A stretch of 64,000 nucleotides of DNA, from the NCBI GenBank assembly GCA_043228905.1, contig JBHGNT010000005.1, positions 12,462,001 through 12,526,000 of the forward strand, written 5' to 3'. This stretch comes from Azolla caroliniana (Eukaryota; Plantae; Polypodiophyta). The notes under the pieces were generated by a model. It was not told where the DNA came from. It saw only the letters and a program-made list of their open reading frames with translations, and made no database searches. Position 1 is the first letter of the stretch. Each line of letters begins with the position of its first letter. Positions 40,718 through 55,834 of the stretch are shown in pieces. The position numbers were made by a program, and so were the translations under genes.

Positions 40718-43700
40718 ATTTGTTCACCTTCCCATTTTCTAAGCCTCAGCATGTCGAATCTTACCGAGAGAATAAATCAGCTCATGGAAGCCATGCATCA
40801 ACTTCAACTTGAGAATGACAACCTTCGGGAATCGTTACGGAAGCTTCAAGTTGGAACACCGATGGAACTCGAAGAATAAAACAACTCTCCTCCTGCATCA
40901 ACAAATGTTTTACCTGTAGAGTTTGGTTCCTTGTCCACTCTTTCTCCAACTCCTCTCCATCCCACTACAGGTATGGAGCCCAAGATTGTTCACTTGACAA
41001 GTTCGATGGCACGAGGAAGCACTTCCGAGGGTTCATACATTAGATCAAGCTTCTTATCCAACTACAGCCCTAGCGGCATGCGGATGATTTTTGTCAAGTT
41101 GGTTTCATTGCGACCCTTCTATCAGGAGTTGCACAAGACTGGTTTGCACCGTTGGTCGAAACTTCATCACCACTTCTACAAAATTTTCCTACCTTTCTGG
41201 CAGAGTTCGAGGCAACATTTGGGGATACGAATTGATGCTAAATTGCCATTACCAAACTCTATTCATTACATCAAGGTATGTGTCCGGTATCTGTTTATGC
41301 CTCTGAATTTAGACAATTAGCATATAATGTTCAATGGGATATGGCCAAGCGTTGTACGACCATTTTTGTTAGGGCCTTCGAAGAGAGATTAAAAATCTAC
41401 TCCTCAACTTTCTGGAGCCTATATCATTGTCGCAAGCCATCACCCAAGCAGTTAATTGTGACAATCAGTTGTTTGATCTTCGTCAAGAGGAATGAGCAAC
41501 TTCAAGGTGGCAACCCTCTTCAAGATATTCTCCATCGACATCGTACGATGACCCCATGCCGATGGAAATTGATCGAGGTCGAGCCCCGCCACTCACCGAG
41601 GCTGAATGAAGGTATCGCCGATCCAATAGACTATGTTTATATTGTGGTGCATCTACCCATCTAATTCGTTTTTGCCCAGTCTAGAATAATCAACGAAAAT
41701 TATCTACAAACAATACAACTAGACGGCCCCAACAACCAGAAAACGATGGTGTCCACTACAATAGGAGCCATGTGGTTGGAGAATCCGCATTCCTGTTGCT
41801 CCCCTAGTTCGGCTACATCTATAGAAGATTTCTCCTTCCCAGTAAGCATCCATTTCAAGTCTATTTCAATTAGGTACTTAGCATTTCTCGATTTCGGGGC
41901 AATAATGTGTTTTATGGACGAAATGTACGTTCGTAAACACAAATTTCCAGTTGTCTGATTGTCCAACCCAATCCCAGTGGAAGTTATCGATGGACGCATG
42001 CTCTCTTTTGAAGCAGTCACCGAAGCCATTGTCCCACTTATCTTACAGCTCGGGGACCACCATGAGGTCTTAACATTTTACGTTATCACTTCACCATGAC
42101 ATCCGGTCATACTTGGTTTGTCTTGGCTGAAGGCACAAAATCCAATTGGCGATTGGCACAACCACTCAATTACTTTCTCACAAACCAGCTCGGAGGTGCA
42201 AGAAATATCTCATGTTGGAGCAGTAATATGGCACAAATCGGTTTCAGGCACTCACCCTTCCATTAAAGCAGGAATCAGCTCTAAGGCGGATGCTCATGTC
42301 CCAGTCACAACGAAGAAAATAGTGCATAGTGCCTCTGAGTCGAGCAGTCCAATGAAGGCAACTACCGACTCACTGTCATCCAAGTATGAAGACTTCAGGA
42401 ACGTGTTTGTGAAAAAGATGTTGATCACTTGCTTGAGCATCAACCCTACAACTGTCCAATCGATCTACAAGAAGGTGCCAGTCCTCCCTTCGCCTCAATT
42501 TATGGGTTGTCAAACCCAGAACTCCAAGTATTCCAAACTTATCTCGACGAGAACCTTGAAAAGGGTTTTATTCAACCCTCAAAATCACCAAAAGGAGCTC
42601 CTATTTTGTTTGCGAAAAAGAAAGATGGCTCCTTACGTCTTTGCGTCGACTATCGGGGTCTAAACAAGATTACTGTTTGCAACCGGTAGCCACTGCCTCT
42701 CATCCCATAGTTGTTGGATTGACTCCGAACAGGGTGGATCTTCTCTAAGATTGACCTACGGGGAGCATACAATCTGGTACGGATCAAACCTGGAGATGAA
42801 TGGAAAACCGCCTTTAGAATGTGCTACGTCATTTCGAGTATAAGGCAATGCCTTTTGGCCTTACTAATGGACCTGTAGTATTTTAGCATATGATGAATGA
42901 CATCTTCCGAGAATATCTAGATCACTTTGTTGTGATCTATTTGGATGATATCTTGGTCTTCTCGTCGAACATCAAGGAGCATACTCAACATGTCAAGTTA
43001 GTCCTCGCCAAACTTTGAGAGCATGGACTCTATGCTAAAAGTGAAAATGTGAATTTGATCGTATTGTTGTATAGTTTCTTGGGTATGTCATCGCGACACA
43101 AGGAATCACAATGGACACACGGAAAGTCAAGACTATCCAAGAGTGGGTTGTCCCAACTCGGGTACGAGATGTGCCATCATTTCTTGGTTTGCCAATTTTT
43201 ATCGTCGTTTCATCAAAGGATTTTCAGTGATTGAACAACCTCGCATTGCTCTTACCCGCAAGGATGCTACTTTCAAATGGACAACAGCTGCACAAAAGGC
43301 ATTCGACTTTCTGAAACAAGCCTTTACTACGGCACCAGTCCTTTTACATCCTGACCCCACTAAGCCTTTCCAAGTAGAAATAGATGCTTCCAATTTGAAT
43401 TCGCCATTGGGGCGATCCTCTCCCAGCCATATGAGGTCAGTGTGCTTCACCCGATGGCTTACTACTCCCGCAAATTCACGGCCCTAGAAATCAACTACCC
43501 CATATATGACAAGGAGCTTCTCACTATTATTGTTGCTTTTGAAGAATGGAGACCCTACTTGGCCAAGGTGCAACACCATATCCAAGTGGTTACCGATCAC
43601 AAAAACCTAATATACTTTTCTACCACACGAACTTTAAATCGTAGACAGGCACGATGGTCAACCTTCTTGGCAAACTATGATTTTGAGATAATCTTTCGAC

Positions 43701-45326
43701 TTGGAGCTCAACACGATGGCCGATGTCTTATCCCGCCGATTTGAGTTTGAGCTCACTCCGGAGGATGAAGCCTATGTCTAGTAGTCCCTGAGTTTGTTAC
43801 AGCCTGACCAATTCTACAACTTTGCTTCTTGCTTGCTCCGGGATGACTCTTTACTCAAGCAAATAGCAGTTCAGCCACTAAGACTTACAAGTTCGCCATA
43901 GAGGTCAAGGCAAGTATCACAAACCCCTCCCATGAACCCAAAAGTTCCAATTTAGCTCGTTTTACAATTCAGGATAACCTTTTGTTTCGAGATAATCTTT
44001 TGTATATCCCAGATGGTCCGTGTCGGACCAAGGTGCTCCAAGAGTGTCACGGTGATCCACTTGCTAGTCATTTTGGCGTTGCGAAAACCATGGAGTTGAT
44101 ATCTCGCAGGTACTAGTGACAACAACCATGGAAATTGGTCAAAGAGTTCATTAAGTCATGCAACACTTGTGCTCGTTCCAAAGCATCTCACCATATGGTC
44201 TCCTTCACCCTGTCCCAATCCCCAAATGGCCTTGGGCCTTTCTTTCCATGGCTTTCATCATTGACCTTCCCTTTGTTGGTGGCTACGACTCGGTGTTCGT
44301 AATGGTCGATCGCTTCACCAAGATGGCCCATTTTGTTCCATGTGGCAAAACCATTACCGGAGAGGAGACAACCGATTTGTTTTTCGAAAATGTTGTTCGA
44401 TTACATGGACTGTCGGATGATATCACTTCTGATTGAGGACCACAATTTATTTCCAATTTCTGGCGGCGTAGTCTGCAAACCTTTGGTTGTACTGTGAATA
44501 TGTCTTCAGCCTATAATCTACAAACCGATGGACAAGTGGAGCGGGTTAACCAAATCTTGGAACAATACTTGTAGTGCTCTCTTAGCTACCAACAAGACGA
44601 CTGGGTTGCCCTTCTCCCACTTGCCAAGTTCGCCTACAACAACTCTCTGCATGCATCTACGAGAGTTACTCCATTTTTCGCAAACTACGATCTCCACCCC
44701 CGCTTCAACATTTCTCTTCCCTCTGACTCTGTCAATCCTTCTGCGGAGGATCGGGCACGTCTCTAGGAGGATGTACATCGCGACCTTTCCGTGGAGTTCA
44801 TCGTCATTGGAGAACGCTACAAGGAGCAAACTAACCAACTTCGCTCAAATGCCCCCCGGTTCAAGGTGGGTGACTTTGTTTGGCTTCTCTAGCACAATAT
44901 TGCCACCACTCGTCCTTTCCTGAAGCTCGATTACAAGAAGTTAGGCCCTTTCCGAATCATCAAGAAAATTGGTTCCATGGTTGTCCACTTAGAGCTACCA
45001 TCCCACTTCCGTATTCATAATGTATTCCATGTCTCCCTTCATGAACCTCACCATATATCTGAAATCATTGGTTGACACCCTTCTCCTCCATCACCAATAC
45101 AGCTCTCGACCGAAGAAGAATATGTTGTCAACCAAATTCTCGACTCTCGTCTCTTTCGTCACCAGCTTTAATACCTTGTCCTCTAGAAAGGGTACCCAAT
45201 CTCCAAAGCAACATGGGAGACAGCACAACATCTCAAGCATGCCCCGAACATAGTTCGGGCATTTCGTGAACGATATCCACAGAAACCGACCATGGATCCT
45301 AGGAGGTGGCCTTAGAGGGAGGATAA

Positions 45327-45723
45327 TGTCATAGATAGGATGCCACATGGAATGTATGGGGTTAAACCCATGACCTCTTGGTCTTATTGGGCAACCATAC
45401 GAATTGAGTTATTCATCTATGCATTATTATTGTATAAGATTCAACTTATTACATTGTATGTTAATTTAAACTAGAACTTTCAAGAAACTTCCAGATAATG
45501 CATCTTCATGCACTCTCGAGAAGTTTCTTAGCTTGCATGCATACCTCCACATTCTTGTATAAATATTTGGGTGCACCTTGATTACAATCAAGGTGAACAA
45601 CACCAATACGAAAGCATAATATTAGTTCTTGTTATCTTATCTATTCTCTCTCTCCTTTTCTTGTTCTCTTGCTTATGCTCTCGCAATCTCTTAGTATTTA
45701 GCCTTGTCTACCTGTCCGTGACA
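45327..45723 (+). repeat. 3' LTR of the Tcn1-like element
   Basis: Follows the PPT, precedes the TSD. Confidence 0.93.
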
Positions 45724-46440
45724 ATTTGACTCATCAACTCGAGTAAAAGTGACCATAAAAAAGCATGCTTACAATCCATTGTTACCCAAACAGGGCATTC
45801 TTGTTTTAACAAAGCATGATAGTCCACTACGGGGAACTATTGCATTACATGCACCAATCGTTTATCAAAAAACACAGGAACTTTAGTCAACAATGCACTT
45901 CGATCTTCCGGTGAACGAAATACTACATCATAAAACCCTTGTGGTCCTGCATGTATATATTCAACACAATTTGGTGACACGATTGTGTTCAACCATTGTT
46001 TAATCCAATTAATGTATGGGAGTTTCCCGGTAAAAAATAATATAACCGCATGATCATAGAATACATCAAAAGATTGCAACACTACCATAGCATCAACTTT
46101 CACATCATGCACATCCTCATCAATGCATTCTTTTGCTTCATTTTCATTTTATTCCACAATATCAAACAACAAGGTAATATCCTAATTACAATTATCTTTG
46201 TCAACATCATCTACATATATTACTTCGACATATGTCAATTTTTTCTCATTAATTTCCTCAATACCCTTAACCTTCTTAGAGCTTCCAATGTTTTTCCTTT
46301 CACAATCAACCATCACATTACTCTCTCTTTTATTAATTATTTCCATATCGATGTCCCCACAATTTGTGAGGACTTCATGTTTATATCCATTATTCTTGAT
46401 GTGATTTCGATCTAGGATAAAACAATTTTCCATGAACAAG

Positions 46441-46511
46441 AGAAAGAAAGAAAGATGTATTAACGTCTTCTAAGGCCAAATTTGGCCCATGAGACAATTG
46501 GTTTACAACAA
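46441..46511 (-). mobile_element. ~70-bp 5'-truncated copy of the 3' tail of the LINE ending at ~63600
   Basis: Reverse complement matches 63519-63590 including GGCCAAATTTGGCC and the (TTTC)n tail; absent from the paralogous L1 copy near 7600. Confidence 0.85.
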
Positions 46512-46683
46512 TAGAGTATTTATCCAGTCACCGGAACTCACCCGATTGAAGAGGTCGAAAATGATGAAGACAACAGAAGACCCACAATGTGTGTTGAGTA
46601 TGTGGATGCCGACAACAAATTTAACTTGCTATATCTCGTTACGAAGCTCTAATCGAGAGCTTTCTAATGCTTATCTTTGTGCC

Positions 46684-46791
<108 letters not shown>

Positions 46792-47451
46792 ACTTTTGTT
46801 TGCCCCTTCATTTCCCATTTACAATGGAAATGAAAACATATACAATGAAAAATACAAAAAACAATAGTAGACTAAAAACCAAGAACAAAGATAAAAAGCG
46901 AGAATGAATTATTGGATCTCCTGACCCATCCCAACCCACATGAAATGACTCATCTCGATGGTATTCTGTGCTTGAGTACCAATTAAATCCTTCAATGTTT
47001 CCCAATGATGACTCTTATTTACTTCGTAGAGAGGATGTCACAATCTTCTCTAAGTTCATTGAAGCCTCTTGTACCTAGCCTTGAGTTATTTTTCCTTCTC
47101 AAATATGATTCCTTTTAGGTGAGCTAATTTGATTGTTGTTTGCTTTATTTAAGCTTAAAAGAGATCTAGAAAATGTGATATGTCGGTGAGCCGAGTTATG
47201 GTTGAGGGTTCAATGTTCCTACAATGAGTGTGAGCATCCACCCTATGTTCTTCAATATGTGGCTCACCTGCACCTTTAAAATTCCAGATCATCTAAATCC
47301 CTCATAATAGACAATGGCAATTACCTCACACATCATGGTATCCATTGCTAGCTTTATGCCCCTCTTAGAAAGCTGCCATAGCTGACAATTAGTTTTCACG
47401 TTTTCCCATTTATTGGTAACTATGTATGGAGTTGGCATGAAGAGGTGCCTA

Positions 47452-48243
47452 CAATAACCATTCGGTTAAGTGCACATTTTGAAGGCATGGGCAAGGTGCG
47501 CACTTAGGGGGTTTGTTGAAATTTTTTAGGGTTTTTAAAAAAAATTTAGGGCTTCCTGGAATTTTTTTTCCTTTCGTGCTCTAATCATACATTTCTTGAT
47601 AAGGAAAGTGATCAATTTATGTAATATAATTAACATAAAACGTTGCAAGGGTTTAGGGTTGCAACAGAAAGAGAATAAACGAGATGCACAGAATGAGAGG
47701 GAGGGAGGGAGAGAGAAAGAGAAAATTAAGAATGAATGAATTGAAGAAGGCGGGGGGAAGGGGGAGACTGAGGGAGAGAAAGAAAGAAACGAAATTACGA
47801 ATGAATGAATCCGGAAAAGGAAAAAGGATAAATGGATTAAGAAAGAAATTTTATTTTTTAAATCGAGAATCAAAATTCCTGACTCACAAATACTGCGATT
47901 ACTTTTCTTATCAAGAAACGTATGATTTGAGCCCAAAAGTGATCAGTTGATCGGACCGATTCCAAATTTGCGTTCTTATTTTCCCTGCATTTCTCTATGC
48001 GTTTTCATTATACCCCACCCACCATCGCGTAAAAATTTCTTTTCATTTTATTTTTGTCAAAATCTCCTTTCTTTTATTGTTTTGTGCATGTTCAAAACCC
48101 AGGCTTAGCTTAATTTGGTTTGATGTAAGTTCATCATGAACAATGTATAAATTTTTTTATCTGCATTTTGACCTCTATAAAAAGCACACTTAAAATAGAG
48201 TTTGCGCACTTAAGTGGGCACGCACTTAACCGAATGGTTACTC
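47452..48243. mobile_element. Non-autonomous Tc1/mariner-pogo-type DNA transposon (MITE-like)
   Basis: Perfect 19-bp inverted repeat TAACCATTCGGTTAAGTGC (47455-47473 and 48222-48240), ends near CAGT consensus, TA on both flanks, AT-rich interior with no credible ORF. Confidence 0.8.
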
Positions 48244-49220
48244 TATCTCTCATTGGAAGCAAGCTATGCATAAGATGTATTTCAATGCATATACACAAGT
48301 GATGGTAAAAGAGTTGGCAACAGCAAGTATGGTCATGTGTCACGCATCCTTAGTTGGGAGGTTTTAACCCATGTCATCTTGCCTTGAGATAATAATATAC
48401 CTTTTATTACCCAATTTTAACCCAAAACTGAGACAGTCCAAAATGTAGTGACAGGGAGGACATGCAAATGGAAACCAACTTCCAATAGATATTTCAAAGG
48501 TAGGATAGAGCACCATCAGAACTGCCTCATTCTGGGGGACGACTCAAAAACCATCTCAATGGGTGCTGTCCCTGTATCTGGGTACTTAAAGAGTAGGTTG
48601 ACGGTTATATAAAATGATTACTTCACTTGGGGGACTTGACTTGAAATTACCCGTAGTCTCTTTTTGAAGGTCAGTAAAAAAAAAAAAAGCAAGTGCTCCA
48701 TAAATGGAAGCCAATATGTAGATTGAATCTCACCGAAAAACAAACAGAATCAGAAACACCATTAAATAGTGTGACTGATAAAGCTTAAAGAGCTATTGAT
48801 TACTAACACATTTTCCATGGCACACAAAACGGGGTAACTAACTACATACTCCTTCAAATCATTATTTCCGTTGCATAGTTGGAACAAATATGCCCAACTT
48901 ATTACTAAAAACAAGTCATGCTCGAATGTATAAAAAAAAGAATTCAGTTCAATTTCAGTCGGACATGTTTTCACGAATCACAAGCTCTTTCATTGAAAGT
49001 CTCAAATGATCGGATTGAAACAAGTTCACAAAGTCAAACACAAGAAGTCTATTACTCAAGCCTTACAAATTCTCCAACAAAACAGAACATACAAAAGCTC
49101 TTTCATTCAAAGTCTCAAAATATCTCATCAAAGTCGATAGCAACGCCTCATAATATATGAAAACATCTGTTAATAGCTAAACAATAAACTTGAACTAACT
49201 GCAAAAAAGAAGACAAAAAC

Positions 49221-50829
<1,609 letters not shown>

Positions 50830-51600
50830 GCTTCGTGTTGCTTCTGTGCCGGACAAAGAGCGAGAGCGGTGTGCTGTGCTGTGGTGTGCTGTGGTGTCTG
50901 TCAATCAGTCCGCTCCACACAGATAGATAGATATGTATCTAACACAGGCGAGACGAAGAAAACACAGAGAAGCAGAAGATTAGAGAAGCAGAAGATTAGA
51001 GAAGAAGAAGAAGAAGGGGGGGGGGGGTGCAACGCAAAGGCAAACTTTCTTTCTTTTAGCCCTAACCCTCCCCTCCCTCCCCACTTTCTTTACAAAACTC
51101 GCTCCTCCTTTTTTGCTCTTGAAAGTTTTGACAACCCCACCCACCCAATACACACACACACCCAATGTTAGGGTCGTGCGCCAGCAGCAACGGTCGTGCG
51201 CCACGCTGTCGTCGCTGCCGTCTGCGACGTCTGTCGCCGCCTGCTACCGAGCTGCAGTCCCCCCCCATCGTGCGCTGCTGTCGTCTGTTGCCGCGCTGCC
51301 GCCTCTGACGTCCGTCGCTGTCTACTGACGTCCGTCGCCGTCTGCTGCCGTCGGCGTGCTGGACGACCTGCTGCAGTTCATCATCATCCGTTGTAGTCGC
51401 CGTTGCCGTTGCCGTGCTCTTCTCCACCTTGTTTCTTGAGGTTGCCGAGTGTCGCGTTTCTTCTCTTGGCGGCGCATCCTTGTTCGTCTAGCGTGCTCGT
51501 CGTGTGCGAAATGCCAATGTGACTACGACATAACACAAACTCGGCTAAGTCTCGAACCCATTTACTTTATCCTTTTTTTTCTTTTCTTATTGACACTACA

Positions 51601-52407
51601 ATGTCTAAACGAAAGGAACACAAGGATACACAAGACGAGGCTATAAGTAAGGAGGACTTTTTGGATATGTTTAACCGTTTAACAAAAATAGAGACGGATA
51701 TGAAAAAATGGGTGAAAGACGCCGAAACCCACAAGAAAAAAGATAGAGAGGAAAAAGACACCCTCAAGGCCGAAATAGAAAAACTTAAAGAGGAAAACAC
51801 AAACCTCAAACAACAACTTAATGACATCAAGGTATCCCGAGAGGACGGTGAAATATCCTCCATAGAGGATATAAAAGATGAGATCAAAAAAGTTAAAGAG
51901 GAGGTTAAAAATAACATAGAGTTAGCAAAAACGGGTTGGGTAGATGTCGTTAAAAGAAACATTAAAAAAGAAATAAAAGATGAAAATATTGTTAATACCA
52001 CCCTCGAAGAGGAGAAAATGCGTCAGGCCCGACGCCTAAATGTGCGTGTCACTGGGCTCAAGGAAGGTGCATCCCCGGACGAGGATGCACAAACACTCGG
52101 GAAAATGTTAGGGTACACAACGACCCTACCTATCACCAAAGCTTGGAGGGCCGGATGCGACACAACGAGGAAGAGAGCCTTAGTTCTTCAATTTAAAGAC
52201 TTAGACTCTAGAATCACTTTCTTTAAGAAGAGACCAATTCTTCGAGGATTGGGTGGGGACCCTATCTATCTCGATGAAGACCTCACCAAGATGCAAATTG
52301 AGCATCGCAAGAGTTGTATGCCAAAGGTTATGCAAGCTCGCAAAGACGGGCATCGCACCTTTTATCGAGATGGGCGAGTGATCATAAATGATCGCACTAC
52401 TAATTGA
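51601..52407 (+). CDS. LINE ORF1 protein (coiled coil plus RRM-like region), 268 aa
   Basis: RRLNVRVTGLKE and IYLDEDLT motifs typical of LINE ORF1; lies just upstream of ORF2. Confidence 0.85.
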   Translation: MSKRKEHKDTQDEAISKEDFLDMFNRLTKIETDMKKWVKDAETHKKKDREEKDTLKAEIEKLKEENTNLKQQLNDIKVSREDGEISSIEDIKDEIKKVKEEVKNNIELAKTGWVDVVKRNIKKEIKDENIVNTTLEEEKMRQARRLNVRVTGLKEGASPDEDAQTLGKMLGYTTTLPITKAWRAGCDTTRKRALVLQFKDLDSRITFFKKRPILRGLGGDPIYLDEDLTKMQIEHRKSCMPKVMQARKDGHRTFYRDGRVIINDRTTN

Positions 52408-55027
52408 CGGCGTGTGGCCCATGTGACAGAAAACACACTTAGGATGACCTTATGGAATTGTAACGGCGCACTCTGGACACACCCCGGCCGCCTAGAGGGG
52501 ATATTAAAGGAATCAGATATAGTTTGCCTAGTAGAAACACACCAAAGCCCAAATAGGGGACTCCCACGAGTCGAAGGATTTCGTTGGGAGTCGGCTTTTA
52601 GACAAACCTCACGTCGATGCACTACCAGGGGATCTGGAGGTGTCGCAATATTGTTTCGGAGGGAGCTACATAATAGGATAGAAATACTGAGCACAGACCC
52701 AGAAGCTCGTTTTATGTGGGTGAAAGTCTCCACAAGCAAGGACAAGGCAGTAATTTTCGCCATTTGTTACTTCCCCCCAAAAGGCTCTCGTTATAATCTG
52801 GCTGGCGAGGCGAGATTAGTTGATGACGGAGTGCCACATGGGCCTTCCCCATATGAACCTCTATCGGATGACATAATCCGATATTCTTCCCAAGGCGAAG
52901 TATTCCTTGTAGGAGACTTTAATGCGAGAACCCAATCCCGACAATGCACAATATTTCAAATGAATAGAAACCTAGAAATGGTAAATGTCGATCCTTCAGA
53001 CATAGACACCACACGTAGATCAAAGGATCAAGGTGCAGACGCCACGAGCTTTGGCCATCATTTGCTCGAACTCGGTAGTCGGCACCAGATGGTCATATAT
53101 AATGGTTTAGCCAAGTGGCCAGGTTCGGAAGAGCTCACATGTTTCCCACATGGAGGAGGGGAAAGCACAGTCGATTATCTAATAGGACGCCCTGAAGCCA
53201 CCCACATGATTAACTCCTTCCGAGTGGCCCCATGTCCTATTGGCGCGGACCATAGTTTCTTATACTTCGAGATAAAATGCGATATCTCTAACGTCACCAA
53301 CTCTAGTCAACCACGCCATGACATCACAATACATTTCACACATGAGCTCTCTGACATATATGCTCGACATGTTCAAGCCCATCTCTCCTCCCTTGATCCC
53401 TCCCTACCTTTAGAGAGCCTTAATACGAAACTCACACACATCCTTCATTCTGCAGCGGTTAGCAGCTTCCCATACACGAAACACTCCAATCAAGGTAAAG
53501 TAGGATCTATGCCACAAAATAGATGGTATGATGAGGATTGTAGGTGCTTACATCGACAACTTACAATATCGCAACTCAGTGGTAGTATTACCTCAGTACA
53601 AGCTCGTAAAGAAATGCGCAAGATGACACGTCGTAAGAGACGAGCATGGGAGGCATCCCAATATTGGGAACTCTACCACATGCTCATGAGTAACGATTGT
53701 GCCACTGCATGGAAGAGATTACGGGAATCAAGACCACAAACACCCATCGAAGATCCCGAAACTTGGCACACTTATACAGAGAGACTTTACCACATCCCAA
53801 ACCAACCACCCATTCCAATGCCTTCCACACCCCGACCTACTATGGGGACACTCTTCACGACCTCTAGGGTCACGAAGGTCATAAAGAAATTACGACATAG
53901 GAAGTCCATGGACCACACAGGATTGCGAGCAGAACACATCATATACGGGAGAGAGTGCCTAGCTCCCTTACTAACTCTAATCTTCAATCGTGCCCTTGCA
54001 GAGGGTTTTCCATCACAATGGACCATGAACACAGTGGCCCCCATACATAAGGGGGGGGACCCCATGGACCCAAATACTTATAGGACCATTATGATAGGTC
54101 ATACCCTTGCTAAATTATATGGTGCAGTAATGGAGGCAGAGCTTAGCGAGTATATGGAGACCTTACATCTTCGTGCACCTGAACAGGCCGGCTTTAGACG
54201 AGCCTTCTCCACTATTGACCATATCTTCACACTTAGATGCTTAATTGACCAGACTAAGGCTCGCAAGAAGAAACTATATTGTTGTTTTGTGGACTTCCGC
54301 AAAGCCTTTGACACGGTCCCTAGAGAGCGGTTGTTTGATAGGCTTAAGAGCTTGAGGATACCAGATGACATGGTTTGGGCCATCTACGCACTATATGAAC
54401 AAGTGTCCGGGTGTGTTCGATGCCCAGGCGGCATATCCGATAGTTTCACTAGCACTATTGGTGTAAAACAAGGTTGCCCCTTATCTCCGACTCTTTTTGG
54501 GATCTACATTGATGAGATCACAGATTTTATTGCTCGTAAGGGAGGCAATGGAGTAGTCCTTGGAGATACGCAGGTGCGTATCTTGCTCTATGCAGATGAC
54601 ATAGTTTTGCTCTCTAAATCCGAACACGACCTACAAAGGCACCTTAATGCCTTAGATGATTTTTGCACACAACGAGGATTGGTAGTGAATCTAGGGAAAA
54701 CTAAAGTCCTTATCTTCCACACGTCGGCCCAAGTTAGAGCTAAGTGTCACCTAACTATCTCCCATAGCCCAGTTGAGGTGGTTGGATCATATGTCTATCT
54801 CGGAGTCACTTTCAGTGCCCGCTCAGGTAAATTTTCGATGACACAAGCAGCGAAGGATAGACTTAAAAGAGGACATGCATCCCTCTCACTCCTCGAGAGA
54901 CAATGCCACCAAGCATACTTCCAAGAGCCACGAACTAAAGGGTGGCTCTTTGACTCATTAGTGACTCCCTCTCTCATGTATGCATCAGCGGTTTGGGCCC
55001 CAGGACTACCATCTTTCATGTGGACGC

Positions 55028-55834
55028 TGTCGTGCCTTTCGGCTCCGGATCGTTGCGTGAGTCGGGTGGGAACCACAGAGGTCTTGGACTAGGAGAAAAG
55101 AAGTTCGTGAGATAGAGATTAATTATGAGTAAATAGCAAAGAGAAAGATAAGAAACTCGTGAATCACACGAGTATACTATATTAATTGGTACTTAGGGTG
55201 TTAAGAGAGAAGTAGATGTATAAATCGTGAATCCCACGAATAAGTTTTGTATTAATTAATCCTTAATCCAAATAATCAACAACAACTACAATGTGCTCCC
55301 CGTCCTTATATAGTGATGGGAGAGACTAAGCATAGCTACATGCTTTTTTTTCTAATATGTTCATGCACACTAAATGTGCATGTGATGCTTTTTTTTTATT
55401 TCCTAAGTATAGGGCTCATGCACGCTAGATGTGCATGAGTTATTTTTAGTGTCTCGTGTTTTCTTTTTCATATATTAAAAAAATACACGATTTACCTTTT
55501 AATAAAGGTATGCATAAATAAAGGTCTTATACGTATTAAATCTATATTTAAAACACTTAAGATAAGTTAATGTAATGGTAAGGTTGGGGTTTGTCAACGT
55601 GGAGGTGCAGAGTTCGAATCACGCCCTGCGCAGTATTGAGTATTTCCTTTTATTTTACTTTTATGTCTCTTTATCCGGCTCTTCCTTGCCGGTATGCCGT
55701 TTTCTTCCTTGCCGGTATGCCGTTTTCCTCCTTGCCGGTATGCCGTTTTCTTCCGGTTCTCACCGAGCACTCCATTCTCTATCCGGAGAGACAAAAATAT
55801 AATTTCCACATAGTGTGCAACCTACACTACGACA
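55028..55834 (-). repeat. 3' LTR (contains 23-bp x3 repeat ~55680-55750 and tRNA-like segment ~55563-55635)
   Basis: Direct repeat of 61479-62285, termini TGTCGT...ACGACA. Confidence 0.96.

Larger units (their letters stand above)
40321..45723 (+). mobile_element. Full-length degenerate Tcn1/Tf1-sushi-like chromovirus; TSD ATTTG
   Basis: LTRs 40321-40717 and 45327-45723 (TGTCA...TGACA). ATTTG at 40316-40320 and 45724-45728. [13 protein letters not shown], RNase H AYYSRKF...NYPIYDKELL, integrase and chromodomain remnants. PPT AGAGGGAGGA. Confidence 0.93.
39140..46680 (-). mobile_element. L1-like LINE (ORF1 with CCHC knuckle, start of AP endonuclease), degenerate, interrupted by a Tcn1-like Gypsy
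   Basis: ORF1 fragments 46439..45837, CFGCGEWGHFMAEC in 39860..40273, DPYGRFLVL...GIYAPN in 39138..39407. Confidence 0.8.

Noticed and set aside
40718-40722. ATTTG after the 5' LTR suggesting a solo LTR with its own TSD
   Set aside because: It overlaps the self-priming PBS and is followed by gag; the true TSD is at 45724-45728.
46800-47450. Possible further LINE 3' end on the minus strand ending in the microsatellite
   Set aside because: Too decayed; no diagnostic motif.
55563-55635. Functional tRNA gene
   Set aside because: B box is good but the acceptor and anticodon stems do not pair; treated as a tRNA-derived cassette. The same applies to 23255 and 40343.
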